Below, piece after piece: positions 25,976 to 62,014 of a stretch of 64,000 nt of DNA; the first letter of the stretch is position 1; each line of letters begins with the position of its first letter. The position numbers and the translations under genes were made by a program. The notes under the pieces were generated by a model. That model searched no databases. It was not told where the DNA came from and was given only the letters and a program-made list of their open reading frames with translations. Source of the stretch: Phoronis australis (Eukaryota > Animalia > Phoronida); the NCBI GenBank assembly GCA_002633005.1, contig NMRA01000517.1:103833-167832 (forward strand), written 5' to 3'.

Positions 25976-26880
25976 TGGAATAAAAACTTGCAAAAATTAG
26001 CGACGTTGCGTTCGCATCTCACGGATTCAGCTTGGCTTGTGATGCTATCGTTATTCTGGCCAGTTGGTGACGTTTTGACAAGTGCTGTTGGCGCCCAAAG
26101 CCCATGGTATCACCTCGAGCACTGAACGTAACTTACAGTGCATAGGCGCTACGTTCAAATGCCAAAAGGTGGTTGGCTGCGCCTACGCCACACTACAGTA
26201 CTGGTTTTGACCAGACAGCGTGGCATTGATGTCAGAACAACATCCCATACGAGTGACAAATCGAATCATGAAGCACCTCATTATTATAAGTTCTACTTGT
26301 GTGGCGATTCCCTACGTCCAGGGTTTTTCCGACTGCCTCAAGGACATTTTAACTGTTTGACATTTCTATCATCCACAAACCGTTTAATTCTCTCCGCAGC
26401 CAACTGGTTAATGTCAAGAACAAGACCCCTAAGGGTAATAAATCATATGTTTATGGTGTTCAGTGTAAGGATCCCCAGTGCTCAGAGTTACATAGAAGGA
26501 AGGAAAGTCCATAAAAATGCATGTCACAACATTGTCGTCCTAGTTACGGGGACACTTGCGATTCGGCTATTTTTGGCCACCTGTTCGCCACTGAACATGA
26601 TTTCAATACTGATGATGTCACTATCCTAGACTGTGAGGGAGACTGGTTCAAAAGGGGTGTAAAAGAAGCTCTCCATGAGCGCATCGAGAGCCCCTCTTTA
26701 AATAAAAGAGGCGGTTTAAGGTTCCATTTGTCACACATATGGGATGGTTTTTGACGTCGATGTCGCGCCGTCTGGTCAAAACGCCACCAATTGGCCAGAA
26801 TAATGATAATGTTACAAGCTAAGCTGAAGTCTGTGAGATGCGGACGCAACGTCGCTAATTTTTGTAAGTTTTTATTCCAT
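25976..26880 (+). mobile_element. Truncated Penelope-like retroelement (GIY-YIG endonuclease remnant) with inverted ends
   Basis: About 105-bp inverted repeats (25976-26080 vs 26774-26880). Frameshifted remnant VAIPYVQGFSDCLK..VYGVQCKDPQC..MSQHCRPS..DSAIFGHLFATEHDFNTDDVTILDCEGDWFKRGVKEALHERIESPSLNKRGGLRFHLSHIWD. Confidence 0.88.
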
Positions 26881-27039
26881 TATTAGTCTCAAACATAATC
26901 TGTTTTCTTAACTGGATGTCTCAAAATGTTCATGCTTTTATTAAGTGAAACTGACTTTATCATCAGGCCATGAACTGTGTTAGTATGTGAGCAGACATGT
27001 TCAGTAGCCACACACAATGCCAGCCTCATGTCGTTCACC

Positions 27040-27712
27040 CACACACACACGCACGCACACACACACACACACACACAGTGACAACCTCATCTGTTCATAG
27101 GCATGTTCTGAAAAGTGATAGCACCACTGTTTTATTCTATTCACTGCCTTGGAGCTGGCGTTTTTCTTTAACATTCACCTCGATGCTCCGAGTGCTTTTT
27201 CTAAATATATATTACATTTAAAGGTGAAATTGGCAAATAGAAGTACAAAACTGGTACTGTCTGTTTTCCATTTATTATCAATCGCACTGTGACAACAAGT
27301 AGTATGGCCAGAATACTGACTAATCTCAACTACAACTTAACAAAGTACAACACTAGCGCAGACAGATGAACACACACACATTGTAACATTCCATTGATCT
27401 ACATGAACAAGACACAGGCCAAGATAGTTTTTGAGATTATCTCCCCTTGTTCTTCACCACATTATCTGATCACCAGACCAGTATATAAATATGTATATAT
27501 ATATATACAAACATATATATACACACATATATATATACACATGTATATATATACACATATATATATACACACATATACATATACTGATCCTCTTAAATTT
27601 CTTTAATAGCAAATGTGTGTTTTAATGCCTTAAAACAATATCCGTGGCAGGTCCTCTATGGCAGGTCCTCCGTGGCAGGTCCTCCGTGGCAGGTCCTCCG
27701 TGGCAGGTCCTC
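27040..27712. repeat. Cluster of simple repeats: (CA)n 27040-27077, (TA/CA)n 27483-27583, 13-14-bp CCGTGGCAGGTCCT 27642-27712
   Basis: Directly visible in the sequence. Confidence 0.9.
27271..27276 (-). promoter_or_regulatory. Candidate distal poly(A) signal of the R3HDM gene (implies a 3'UTR of about 3.6 kb)
   Basis: TTTATT on + (AATAAA on -) downstream of the stop at 30861. More proximal signals cannot be excluded. Confidence 0.4.
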
Positions 27713-29228
27713 TATTGCATTTCGTGAGACTTTCTAGCCGACTACTACAAGGCCCACATCTCAAATATTGCAGCCACTACACAATTCTGCATCAACAAAA
27801 TCCAGCACAAGAGTTATCAGTATTTAACATGTCGAGCTCTTAGTGATTTGATAGAACTACTCTTAATTGCACTGTTACCATGGATACTTGTAGACCTAGC
27901 ATCAGGCCCTCCGACTGCTGGAGAAACAATACGTATCCATCCTTCCCAAATGGACACACTACACTGAGTTGGCAGACATATTTAGATGACAAATGTTAAG
28001 CAAAAGATTCCAGAACTGAGATTGGCTGTAAATGGGCCAGTTGCCAACTGCAGTCAGGCAATTTAAATCTCTGTTACTAATTACGCTATGACTATAATTA
28101 GTTAAGTCTTCCTTAAATGGGTTTTTGTTCTTCATATGTTCGTCCATTCTGATGGTCATAGGAGTGATTTAGCTTAACCAGAAACACTATATGACCACTA
28201 TAAACTCCAGAAAAGGGGAAAGTGCTTAGCAGTGCCCATCACATGTCACCATAGTAACACTGAACAAGATGCAAACCACAATTGTAGATAAGAGGACAAA
28301 GATAATGAGAGTATGTCAGTCAGGACAAGGGAACTATACTGGCCAGAATGTATCAAATTAGTGGGTGGAGCTACATTTAACTAACAAGACGATTGGTTAT
28401 ACTGTCCATGACGGAATGTACAGCTTAGATCTCTGACATGTCACAGCCACTTGATACGGGCTTTAAACAGTAAAATCTAGCTGTTTGTTAAACTTGCCAG
28501 TTAACTCCTCTGAAGTGATTAGAGAGGTGCTGTAAATAAATATTATTTAAGAGCAGAATTTTGCATGTGTTACCATAAAGTTAGGCTATAATGCTTGTCA
28601 GAATTTTGACCAAAAATGCAGATATGTTGGAAAATTGCAAAAAAAGTATTGGTGAGTGACAGTCTCGGTCTCCTACAACAGCACGAAGGCGATGACACTG
28701 AAGACAGTGACACTGAAGACACAAATGAAACAGTTACTCAGCACACAACATGAAAAAGGTGTGCATACAATTATGAACAGTTACTGAAAATGCACACCTT
28801 GTTCCAGGTAATCTGACATGTGAATGTTTACTGTGAACAGACCTACCCAGCAGAGCATCAAGACATGTCCAGTAATTTTGTTTAACCTGTCAAGTAACTT
28901 ATTAACCTTAGACTATTGCAACATATATGGCCTGCTATACCTATTCATTATGCCTTCAGAGATGTACTCCTCTACATTCTACCAACAGATGGCGCTATGA
29001 TCTATGACTACGCAAGATACACACAAACGTCCAACATCAGCAGAAATACAAAGAAATGGCACAAGTGTGCTTGACTGCGTTAGACCTGGTGCAGATCTCT
29101 TAAACATCACTCCGTTGTGTTATTAAGTCATTCCCATGTGAGGTCGCATGCCTGTACAGCTTTGTGGAGAGAAAACAGTAATGAATAGCAATTGTCCAAT
29201 CACAGCAAACAAGCATGCTGATTCACCT

Positions 29229-29604
29229 CAGTGTTTCCCCTGCATGTGAAAATCTGGGTGGCCTGCCACGCTCCTGTTATTTTGCCCTAACTGAGCGCCA
29301 TACACCTCAGAATCCTGACAGGAAAACTTCACCGCTACGCAAAACTCGCTAGTAAAAATGAGCACGAAATACACAACTTATACGGCTACTGTTAATGTTT
29401 GTGGATTGAACAGGAAAAACAATAATTTAAAATCGGATTCTGAACTTCTCCCCTGCCCCTGCTGCTACCATTCACCACCACGGTCCTTTTGAAGCCCAGG
29501 CAATAGGGGTATCCCATATCCTATACTTAAATGCAGCAATAGGCTTTGCGTTCCACTGGCACCATTCACCACCACACTCCATTTGAAGCCCAGGGGAAAC
29601 ACTG
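29229..29604. mobile_element. hAT-like MITE in the putative R3HDM 3'UTR
   Basis: Perfect 14-bp TIR CAGTGTTTCCCCTG / CAGGGGAAACACTG. No clear TSD. Confidence 0.7.
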
Positions 29605-30860
29605 TAAGGTCCACAGCATACCTGTCTGATACAGTGGCTATTGTAGGTCAGCATACATCTAAACTAGATCTAACAGATGGCAGCACAGTAGTGTTGTCTA
29701 ACAGTATTACTCATTGTTAAATAAATCACAAGTTGATAAAGAGTAAAAATTAAATAACAAACCGTATCATATAAATTATGAAAAACGGCAGAAGATTGAT
29801 CACAGGGATGGCATGCATTTCTATACACAACACGACACAACTAATAACAACTATCAAGACAACAAAATATATAAAGACGTGGCATCACACTCCAGGGGTA
29901 TGCACCAGGGTCACACATCACGGAACAACGAGACTAGAGTTCAAACAGGTGACCTTTAAGCTTTCCACTAAGGCTTTAGGGGCCTGCTTCACTATAACAA
30001 CCAAAAAAGGTGTTAAGTCAAACTTTGGTTAGTGTTGAACAAACCTAACAGCTGCAAGTTTAGATCATAGCTTAAGTCCACTTTCAAACCTTTCGAGTCC
30101 TTGAAAAAGTTGTAGGTATGACTCAGCAGTTTTATTTGTGAGGACAGTGAATGTCGAGGGAAATGAATGAATTTAAAGTATTTTGATCAGGAGCACAGCA
30201 CATCATAGAGTGATTTAGACTTGTATGATCAAGACATCTCAGAACACTTTTTACTCCAAGTGAAAAAATTGTCAAATTGTGGTTATGGATTCTCACCATT
30301 AATCGTCACGGTGATTTTGACATAACACCTTTTTAGTAAAATGGGAGTAAGACTCGGTACCAAGTTTTTGATGTGAACTAAAACGAATGTGATGACATTT
30401 GCGTGAAGTAGACCCCTAAGGAACTGTCCTGTTGTATATATTATTCTCGTATGAGTTTTGTTTGCAGGGCAAGGATGAAACAATCCCAAACTGGATGTGG
30501 CAGGATTGTGCATATTTTCATCAAATCTTAACTGAAACCAGTTTTCACCAAACTTTCATTCGTTCGTGAGTCAGCAAAGCTGTCTCATATCCACCATTCG
30601 CATCACAAATCTGTCTCCGTCAGAACGCTCCGCGTACTACAACCCTGTGTTCCGACTCAATTACCCATAACACTTTCCACAATTCCTGTCATGTCGTTCT
30701 GGTCTCTCCATCTCCAATGACACCGCCAGCAACGTTACATTACCCCATGCCATGCTGTATACATTACCCCATGCCATGCTGTATACAACTGGTGACACTA
30801 TGACTCCCTCCAGACACACAAGAAAGAGAGACTAAACCAAAGACCTAAACAAGCGTACAC

Positions 30861-53583
<22,723 letters not shown>

Positions 53584-54264
53584 CTTGTCACTTAAAAACA
53601 GACAAAAATAATTCCTTACTCCTTCATTTGTTTACTTATTATAACAATAACACATACTGATATTTATCTTTCAGGATGAGGTAAAAAAAGTTGATTCAGC
53701 TAAAAACACTTCTAGAGGAGGCAGTGTGATGGATGCCTGCTATCTTTACTAAGGTCATGGGTTGGAGTCCCACTGGGTCACACTGACAGGTTTCTAGCTC
53801 CTCAGCTCGGTTTTAACTTTTTTTAATAAAGCACAAAAATGGTTCCATATGATCAGTGCAACGGGCCTCGGCCAGCGCACCTTTGGTACAATGCGCATCA
53901 AACCACCAGCAATTATGTTTTTAAAAAGCACTTCTGACTGGTGTTTGTTTGCAAAAACGAAAGTGCATATAGTGTGACTGACTTCTTAGCGGATAGTAGC
54001 AGCCAACGCCATCAATGACAATGACAGTAACGACAATGTACTAGATGAGAGTAAAATCACAATCAATGACAAAACTGACGATAAGACTGCAGCTGACAAT
54101 GCAGACAACACTGTCGAAGATGGCACTGACTTCAATCCCAATGATGCTGTCATCCTCTAACACTGGTCAAATCTCGACAGCCAATGAGACTCACTGAAAT
54201 GCCGAGTAGATAATGTCCCAGGCACAGTTCACACTGACTACTATGCCAATGACAATCATGAGCA

Positions 54265-55484
54265 ACACTGACACCAAACATGATACCGACACTGACACCA
54301 AACATGATACCGATACTGTCACCAAACATGATACCGACACTGACACCAAACATGATACCGACACTGTCACCAAACATGACACCGACACTGTCACCAAACA
54401 TGATACCGACACTGACACCAAAAACAATGTCATCAACCATGGTGACAACAATGCCGTATGCATTTTTGAAAAGTTTTGAAATCTCAACATATCCAAATAA
54501 AGCGGAAAATAAAATCACAAAACGCAACCAATTTTCTTGTTTTATAGTTCTACATTTAAGCAAACATCACAAAGTCTTCCGTAGAAATTGGGAATAACAG
54601 CCACGCTCACATAAGCGCCTATCTACTCCTTACCTTTGAAAGTTTTCGGAATAAATGCCCACTGCTCTACTAAGAGTCTTCTATAACTTTCAACTAAGCA
54701 TCATGACAACAGACGTTCCTTTTCAGTTAGTTCTCAGTAAATTACAACTTGTGCGTACAGTATAATTCTAAAGAATCGTTGACAACATTGGCGAAACCTA
54801 CACACACCAGTTTAACTGAGATGCAATAAGCAAAAACCAGTCCTTGATTTGCATTTATATAACTTCAAGATGGTATAGAAATATCTAGGAATGTATAGCC
54901 CACTTTTGAACCCGGTGTCACATTCTCTAGCCGGAGTTTTATCTAGTGCAGTGAAGTCAGAAACTTAGAGCAAGTAGACAGTGTTGTTGTTACGCAGTTA
55001 AACTTGGTTGTTAACTTTGTAGGTAACAAAAGGGGGACTCTGTAAAATTGAAAAGACCGAGTCCTGGGACTCAAAATTTTGAAACCCTAACGCCAACACT
55101 GATGACCACTGTCCACTCATTTTTGGTGTTCGATGACCACTGTCCACTCATTTTTGGTGTTCACAGAATTAAACATCATGACAGGAAACAGCATTTTTCT
55201 CCCATGACCTGGAATGTGTTATGACACAACTGGTTAATATCGGCAAGCCTCGGGATTTAGACGAAGAGGTTTTAACCATGTCATAAACCTGAGACTCGTG
55301 TAGGATTCTCCATGTCTGGTTACCTTTGTGGTGTACTGTATGTGTATGAGGGTGAATAGTATGTATATGTGGGTGAATAGTATGTATATGTGGGTGAATA
55401 GTATGTATATGTGGGTGAATAGTACGTATATGTGGGTGAATAGTATGTATATGTGGGTGAATAGTACATATATGTTGGTGAATA
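54265..55484. repeat. Minisatellites: 24-bp (54265-54420), 32-bp duplication (55101-55162), 21-bp (55350-55484)
   Basis: Tandem units directly visible. Confidence 0.88.
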
Positions 55485-55944
55485 AAACTTCAGAAGCAAA
55501 ACCCAATGAAATACCCACGTGTGTTCATCTCCCACTTGGTGATTACTAAGTGTAAGTGTAGGTGCATACAGTATGACACTTCTTGCCAGGTTAATTGAAT
55601 TGTGGTGTACTGTTACAGCCTTCACATGGGGGCGGAGATTCCAGGAAAAGCACCAGAACAATAAACAAACCACAGCATCATCTGATTATTCAGAGTTATT
55701 TATATCTTCATGAAATCATGTTTTGAATTGACGTTTATTCCTAAACTTAGCAAATTAGTAAAATGCAATCAGTTTGGAAAACTGCTTACTGAAGCTTCAC
55801 CAAAACTGCGCTTACCTTTCATACAAAACAAGGGCATGGAAGTTATTGCTAGTCATCGGAGTAAACACCAGACGGCGCAGTTCATTTGTACGAATATTGA
55901 GTGCTAGGTTCGAGGCTACCTGAAAATTATTGCGCTGCCTTTAA

Positions 55945-57200
55945 AGGAGAATGCCACCTGATTTAACTAGTCTTTTTTACCGTCTTAATGAGTCCAAATC
56001 CACATCACCTCGTATACAGTGGATCTTAGCTCGCCGTGAGGTGTCGCGTTAACCTGTGAGGAAGGCGAGAAATGACACAGCAACAACGTCAGCGGTTCTT
56101 CTGCAGAGTGAGTGCCGCTATGGTGTGGTGTATCATTTCCACTTGTGCAAACTATGAAGCTGCGAGGAAAGCGGGTATATCGTTTTTTTTTTCGATTTTC
56201 TCGAGAGCCCATAATGCTTCGGAAGTGGCTCCTGGTAGTGAAGAATGAAAACTACGCCGTTAATACCAAATATGACACTGTGAAACTTCGATGTGTCTGT
56301 CAGTGGCCCAGCTTACCAAACAGCTCATGCCAGGGTAGAAAAAGAGACTTAAGCTGAAGTCAGATGTTGTGCCTAGTGTGTTTGCGTTCGACAGGCAAGA
56401 GACAAAGAAACACGGATCTGTTGTTTTTGATTATGGAGAATTGTAGTTGGCCATGAAAACATAAAAAATTACAATCAATTCAAGACGTGAAAACATAATG
56501 TTTTAAATACCCTGTTTGATGACTGACTCATTTGTCAGGCTTCTGTTTTGTCCTTTGGGTGTAGGATGTTTTCCCCATTCTTTTTCTCAGCCGAACGTCG
56601 TAAGCATACCTCTGTTTAGATGCAGTGAAGCCAGGATGGTCCGTGAGACACATCTGCTCTTCTCAAGGAAGGCGTTTCACTTGCGGAATTTTGTGGCAGC
56701 AAATGCAAGTGTCAGTCATTTCCAATATTGTGACACCATGACAAGTCATTCAAACGGTTTTCGGAACTATCCACGTTCCGTTGTCTGTGCACGTTCACGG
56801 AACCTCTGTAGTATTTCTTGATCAGTATATTCCGGATCGAACTGATAACCTGTGAAACCTAACAATCTACCTGTGAAGTCTTCATCAGATGAGCACTCGT
56901 CTAATTCGGGATTGCGAGTTGCCATGTTAACTTTTATTATCGTGCGTTCGGTTTCAAAATAAATTATTCTCTCCCCAACAAATACTACATATAAAAGTGA
57001 AACAAAGTCTGTCTCATTAGATGTAATGGCTTGGATTGTTCGTGAGTGCAAATGTTTTGAGAAGCAAGGAATGAATAAATCACTGCGTAACCGGCTTTAG
57101 GTGCAATAAACTAATTGACCGGGCACCGAGGCCGTGTGAGCTAATTCAGTGGTTGCTGACAGAAAGCTGTTGCGAAACAATAACTCAATTTTGTATCATA
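55945..57200 (+). mobile_element. Second Kolobok-type element (right end not found) with THAP and KolX/P2X7-C-terminus-like remnants
   Basis: Left end TTAA|AGGAGAATGCCACC. THAP remnant (FFRFSREPIMLRKWLLVVK..VC..RLKL.SDVVPSVF) at 56112-56385. Minus-strand remnant from 56925: MATRNPELDECSSDEDF..GYQFDPEY..ENRLNDLSWC..TCICCHKIPQVK..MCLTDHPGF. Colinear with 12636-13430. Confidence 0.75.
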
Positions 57201-57957
57201 TTGTCAGACCAGCTGACACACACTCTCCATACCTTCAGTCACCTTAACCCCAGTCACAGACCAGCAGTTGGGGCCCCTATATTCGTATAGGGACCCCTTA
57301 ACCCCAGTCACAGACCAGCAGTTGGGGCCCATATATTGATATAGGGACCCCAACTGAAGTACGCAAAAAGCTGGCCTCTTATAATAATATAGTGCCCCCC
57401 CCCCCACCCAAAGGCGACCAAAAAGCAGGGCCCACTTCTGTGGCTCAAGCAAGAATTTTTGGTTAAGTCATTCTGATAAGAATAAGTCACTGGTTTATTT
57501 CTATTTAAAATGGCATAGGCAAGAAATCTGTTTTCGAGTTTAAAAAGTGGTGTCATTTTTTACCTAGCAGAAAATTTGTGAACTAAAGAACTCACTTGGT
57601 TCATTGCCTGGCATTTGGGTCACTGCGTGATGATCTTAGGTAAAAAATTGATTTGTCGCTGTTACAGAAAGGTAAGAAGAAGCAAAATATAACAGAGTAA
57701 GACCGTTTATGATTCCTAAATATTCTAAAGGAATCTGTCTTGGTCAGTACTAACACACTCAACACACTCTACCATTCATTTTATGTTCAATTCACAAATT
57801 TGTGAAAAATGTTTTGATGGCTCTTCATCTCTGTTTGAGCTATTGGCTAGCCATTGTAGGCACTACAAAGGCCATTTTCACACTTTGGGACTGATAATCA
57901 GAAATTTCAGAAAACCTAAGGAAAACATTGGAGTACATGGCATAGAACAGTACTTAC

Positions 57958-58058
57958 CTCAAATGGTTCCAGTTCACCCAGCCATGACGATATCAACAGT
58001 AGCAGTACTTACCACCAATGGTTCCAGTTCACCCAGCCATGACGATATCAACAGTTCC
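57958..58058 (-). other. Candidate non-coding 5'UTR exon of R3HDM with a duplicated donor
   Basis: On - strand: tttag|46-nt exon (58058-58013)|GTAAGT, with a 55-bp duplicate giving a second GTAAGT after 57958. Contains a uORF ATG GCT GGG TGA. The acceptor tract is weak. Confidence 0.4.
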
Positions 58059-58632
58059 CTAAATCCTCAACCAGAGCGTGTGTTCCAATGTCGATCACCA
58101 ACCGTCTATCAATTGATTCCACACAAGTATCCAACTAAAATATACCAACAGGCAACTTAAAACAAAACCCTGCATATTGTTGACTACAAAAATGACAAGT
58201 AAAAATGTTCCTCCATACCCACCAAGGTAACTGACAGCCATTGCCTACCATAGTCATGTTTTGAGCACGTACCCTACTCTTCAAGCTCTTCTCCTTAGCA
58301 CACACAATGTGGAGACACGTGATATATTTTGTAAATGTCTCAACAAAAAGAAATTTTGAGAAAAATTTTGACTCCATCACTAACTACCGCGGTTTATAGT
58401 GATGTTTATATTTTGTGCATTTAAACACTGTAAGCATCTTTGAAAAATGAGAAAAACACAATTTCGGATATTATTTTTTCGGGGGAAATTGAAAAGTGAT
58501 TACCACCTAACCAAACTGAATCCACCATGACTAAATATTCATAAGTAAATGTTCAAATTGTATCATGACAGACTGCATTCACATTCACAAACAACATGAT
58601 AACTACATTACTTCAGCTACATGTGAAATAAT

Positions 58633-59590
58633 AACAAGAGCGTTGAAATGCGCCCACGAATGCGTTGCAAACGGTTTGCTTCTAGGGTTGTTCATTTGTT
58701 TCATAAAACTGGCCACTAGATGGCGCAAAAATTCCAAACCACCTGAAAACGGGAACATGTCATCGCTTCTTTAATCACAAGCTATTCACCAAATTTCATA
58801 AAAACCTGTCAAGGAACTTCAGAGAAACAAAAGGAAAACAGAAAAAATGAAAACTGCCACTATGGGACACAACATTCGTTGCATTCACCTGAAAGACGTC
58901 GTCGTCTGTTGTTCATATAAATACAATTACTAAATTTAAGATCCTGCAATGGGTTTAGGAGATGCAGCTATGGGTACAAAACAAAATAAAACTACCACTA
59001 GGATGCACCACAGTGGTCGAAGTCGTCATTGTCAACCGTCCTCTTCACACTGAGAACATATACACCAATTTTCAAAATCATACTTAGAATGGTTTGGTAG
59101 ATTGAGGGGCAAAAATGGTCACCTGGTGGCACAAAGTGTCTCGATTCCATACGGAAATGGGAGGACAGCATCATATCACCAATAGATGCCTATACACCAA
59201 ATTTTATGAAAATAGGTTGAGGACCTTTGAGGATACAGAGATAAACGTAAAAAAATTGCCACTACAGGGCACACTGGTAATCAGATCCATCCGAAAGTCG
59301 TCGCCGTCTGTTGTGAACATCATATAAATACACTTGCTACATTTAGTAAGGATACTGCAAAAGGTTTAGGAGTATACAGCCACAGGCGCAAAAAAAAACT
59401 GCCACAAGGAGACACCACAGTAGTCAAAATCGTCGGAAATCATCATCAGCCGTCCTCTTCATAGTAAGTACATACATGCCAATTTTCACAATCATCCTTA
59501 GAGCGGTTTGGTTAATAGAGGGGTTGATGCCAAAAAACAGATTCGAAACAGCAAAAATTGCCACTAGATGGCGCAAACTACGTCAAATCC
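58633..59590 (+). mobile_element. Helentron-type (HINE-like) element, 3'-truncated
   Basis: Starts AACAAGAGCGTTGAAATGCGCCCACGAATGC. Diverged internal monomers each carry a CCACTAG..GGC motif. Confidence 0.7.
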
Positions 59591-60139
59591 ACAGAGTCAC
59601 CGTAGGTGTCACTGATAGTTATGACTGACACAGAATCAGTGTAGATGTCACTGATAATTATGACTGACACAGAGTCACGGTAGATGTCACTGATAGTTAT
59701 GACTGACACAGTGTCCTTGTATCTCACCTCACCGATCCCATCAATCACTGGATCCACAAACACATAGCCAACAAAAACTGTTCGAAGGGACAAAACAGTT
59801 CAAAATTATTCATGTTTCTCCGTATCAAGTGAAACATCATTATTTTACCCACAACCATATTGCCATAGAAGCTGCCCTTACAGACAGGACAGGATGAGTC
59901 TGACCCTCAATATAGATAACCATAATCAGGAGCCAGAACCTTTCAAGATGATGAGGAGGAGCCTGACCACTTCTGTGGATGATTATTATCTCTCAGCTGA
60001 TGTCTACATCCAGTGTTGAACGCTGAGTTTGTCCTGGCACAGTGCTACAGCTACAGCATGTAATTCCATCCATCGCTGCATTCAAGGGTATTTTGGAAAT
60101 TTTCCAGGGAATTTGTATTTGTATGGGATCAGAATGGAG

Positions 60140-60545
60140 ACGACCTTGGATGCAGTGAGCTAGTCTGGTGCACGGCTTTGGATACAGTGAGCCAACCTGG
60201 TGCATGACCTTGACTAAAGTGGGCCAGCCTAGAGCACGGACTTGTAAACAGTGAGCCAGTCTGGTGCACCACCTTAGATACAGTAGGACAACCTGGTGCA
60301 GGGGACTTGTAAACAGTTATCCAGTGTGGTGCATCACCTTGGATACAGTAGGACAACCTGGTGCAGGGGACTTGTAAACAGTTATCCAGTGTGGTGCATC
60401 ACCTTGAATACAGTAGGACAACCTGGTGCAGGGGACTTGTAAACAGTTATCCAGTGTGGTGCACCTTGGATACAGTGGGCCAACCTGGTGCATGACCTTG
60501 GATAAAGTGGGTCAGCCTGATGCACCACCCTGGATACTGTAAGCT
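60140..60545. repeat. Degenerate minisatellite with 30-bp and 60-bp periodicity
   Basis: CCTTGGATACAGTAGGACAACCTGGTGCAGGGGACTTGTAAACAGTTATCCAGTGTGGTGCA units. Confidence 0.85.
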
Positions 60546-60674
60546 GGTTTGGAATACCAATAATGTTACATAGAAAATAAGATTTCCTCAACTACTCATA
60601 CTTATAACAATTCTGATTACATGACAAACAAACATTTGTAAGAAAAGGTAAAGGAAAGTAACCTAACAACTTGC

Positions 60675-61136
60675 CAGGCCTTTATCCAGGATTTTGAAAA
60701 TAGGGTGTCCAAAATGGGGTTCCAAATATTCCAAAGCGTCCATGATTCCGACGCGTAATTCCCCCACCCCCAGCAATACCCCCAAACACACAGATTTTTT
60801 TTACAAAAAATGCATAGATCAAGGTTTTTACATCTAAGTTTATAAAACAGCCTTCTAGGGTGAGCATTTTCACTAAAAAAACTGTGTAGACCAAGACTTT
60901 TACTCTGCTGTCAATCAAGTGTCAAAATAGCAACAATGAATATACTTTGTATATACATTGTATATTTCTTCCTGCTTTGAAAAAAGAGCCCCCACTGTGA
61001 GCCTTCAGAGGCTTCCTAGTATTCATTACAATGTGCGAGTCCAAACTTGAAAGGTTCCTATTGACAGTGGGCGTCCAAATGATACATTGGGCATCCTTGC
61101 CAGGGTGTCCATATTAGTACGCTGCACGAAGGCCTG
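60675..61136. mobile_element. hAT MITE with an 8-bp TSD
   Basis: TIR CAGGCCTT / AAGGCCTG, with a perfect CAACTTGC duplication at 60667-74 and 61137-44. Confidence 0.85.
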
Positions 61137-62014
61137 CAACTTGCCAATTACTTCATGTTCAACTTTGAAATTTGAATATAGGCGTGAGTGACCTTATAAT
61201 GTAACTTTCAAGCCAGACTCTTGGTTGTCACTGCTGAATTACTTCATTTGTTAACATGTGACACAGCATATTATGAATCTATATTAATTATTTCATGGAC
61301 AGCTCCACGGAGAGGAGGCAATCAGGCCTTGGGAGGTTTGAGTCAAGTAAAACGGATCAAGAGTAATTAATACCAACTATGTGTTAGTATAATTAATACC
61401 AACTATGTGTTAGTGGACCATAGCTAGTGATGATACTGACACTGACAAAGATGTCTATGCCATTTGATCACCACCAACTGAACATNTACATTGTATATTT
61501 CTTCCTGCTTTGAAAAAAGAGCCCCCACTGTGAGCCTTCAGCGGCTTCCTAGTATTCAGTGTGAGTCCAAACTTGAAAGGTTCCTATTGACAGTGGGCGT
61601 CCAAATGATACATTGGGTGTCCTTGCCAGGGTGTCCATATTAGTACGCTGCACGAAGGCCTGCAACTTGCCAATTGTTTCATGTTCAACTTTGAAATTTG
61701 AGTATAATAGGCGTGAGTGATCTTATAATGTAGCTTTCAAGCCAGACTCTTGGTTGTCACTGCTGAATTACTTCATTTGTTAACATGTGACACAGCATAT
61801 TATGAATCTATATTAATTATTTCATGGACAGCTCCACGGAGAGGAGGCAATCAGGCCTTGGGAGGTTTGAGTCAAGTAAAACGGATCAAGAGTAATTAAT
61901 ACCAACTATGTGTTAGTATAATTAATACCAACTATGTGTTAGTGGACCATAGCTAGTGATGATACTGACACTGACAAAGATGTCTATGCCATTTGATCAC
62001 CACCAACTGAACAT
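60954..62014. repeat. Direct duplication of about 530 bp split by a single N (61487)
   Basis: 60954-61486 vs 61488-62014 are near-identical, with a few SNPs and indels. Confidence 0.9.

Noticed and set aside
53715-53790. tRNA or SINE head (GGTTGGAGTCCC B-box-like)
   Set aside because: No cloverleaf and no second copy in the window.
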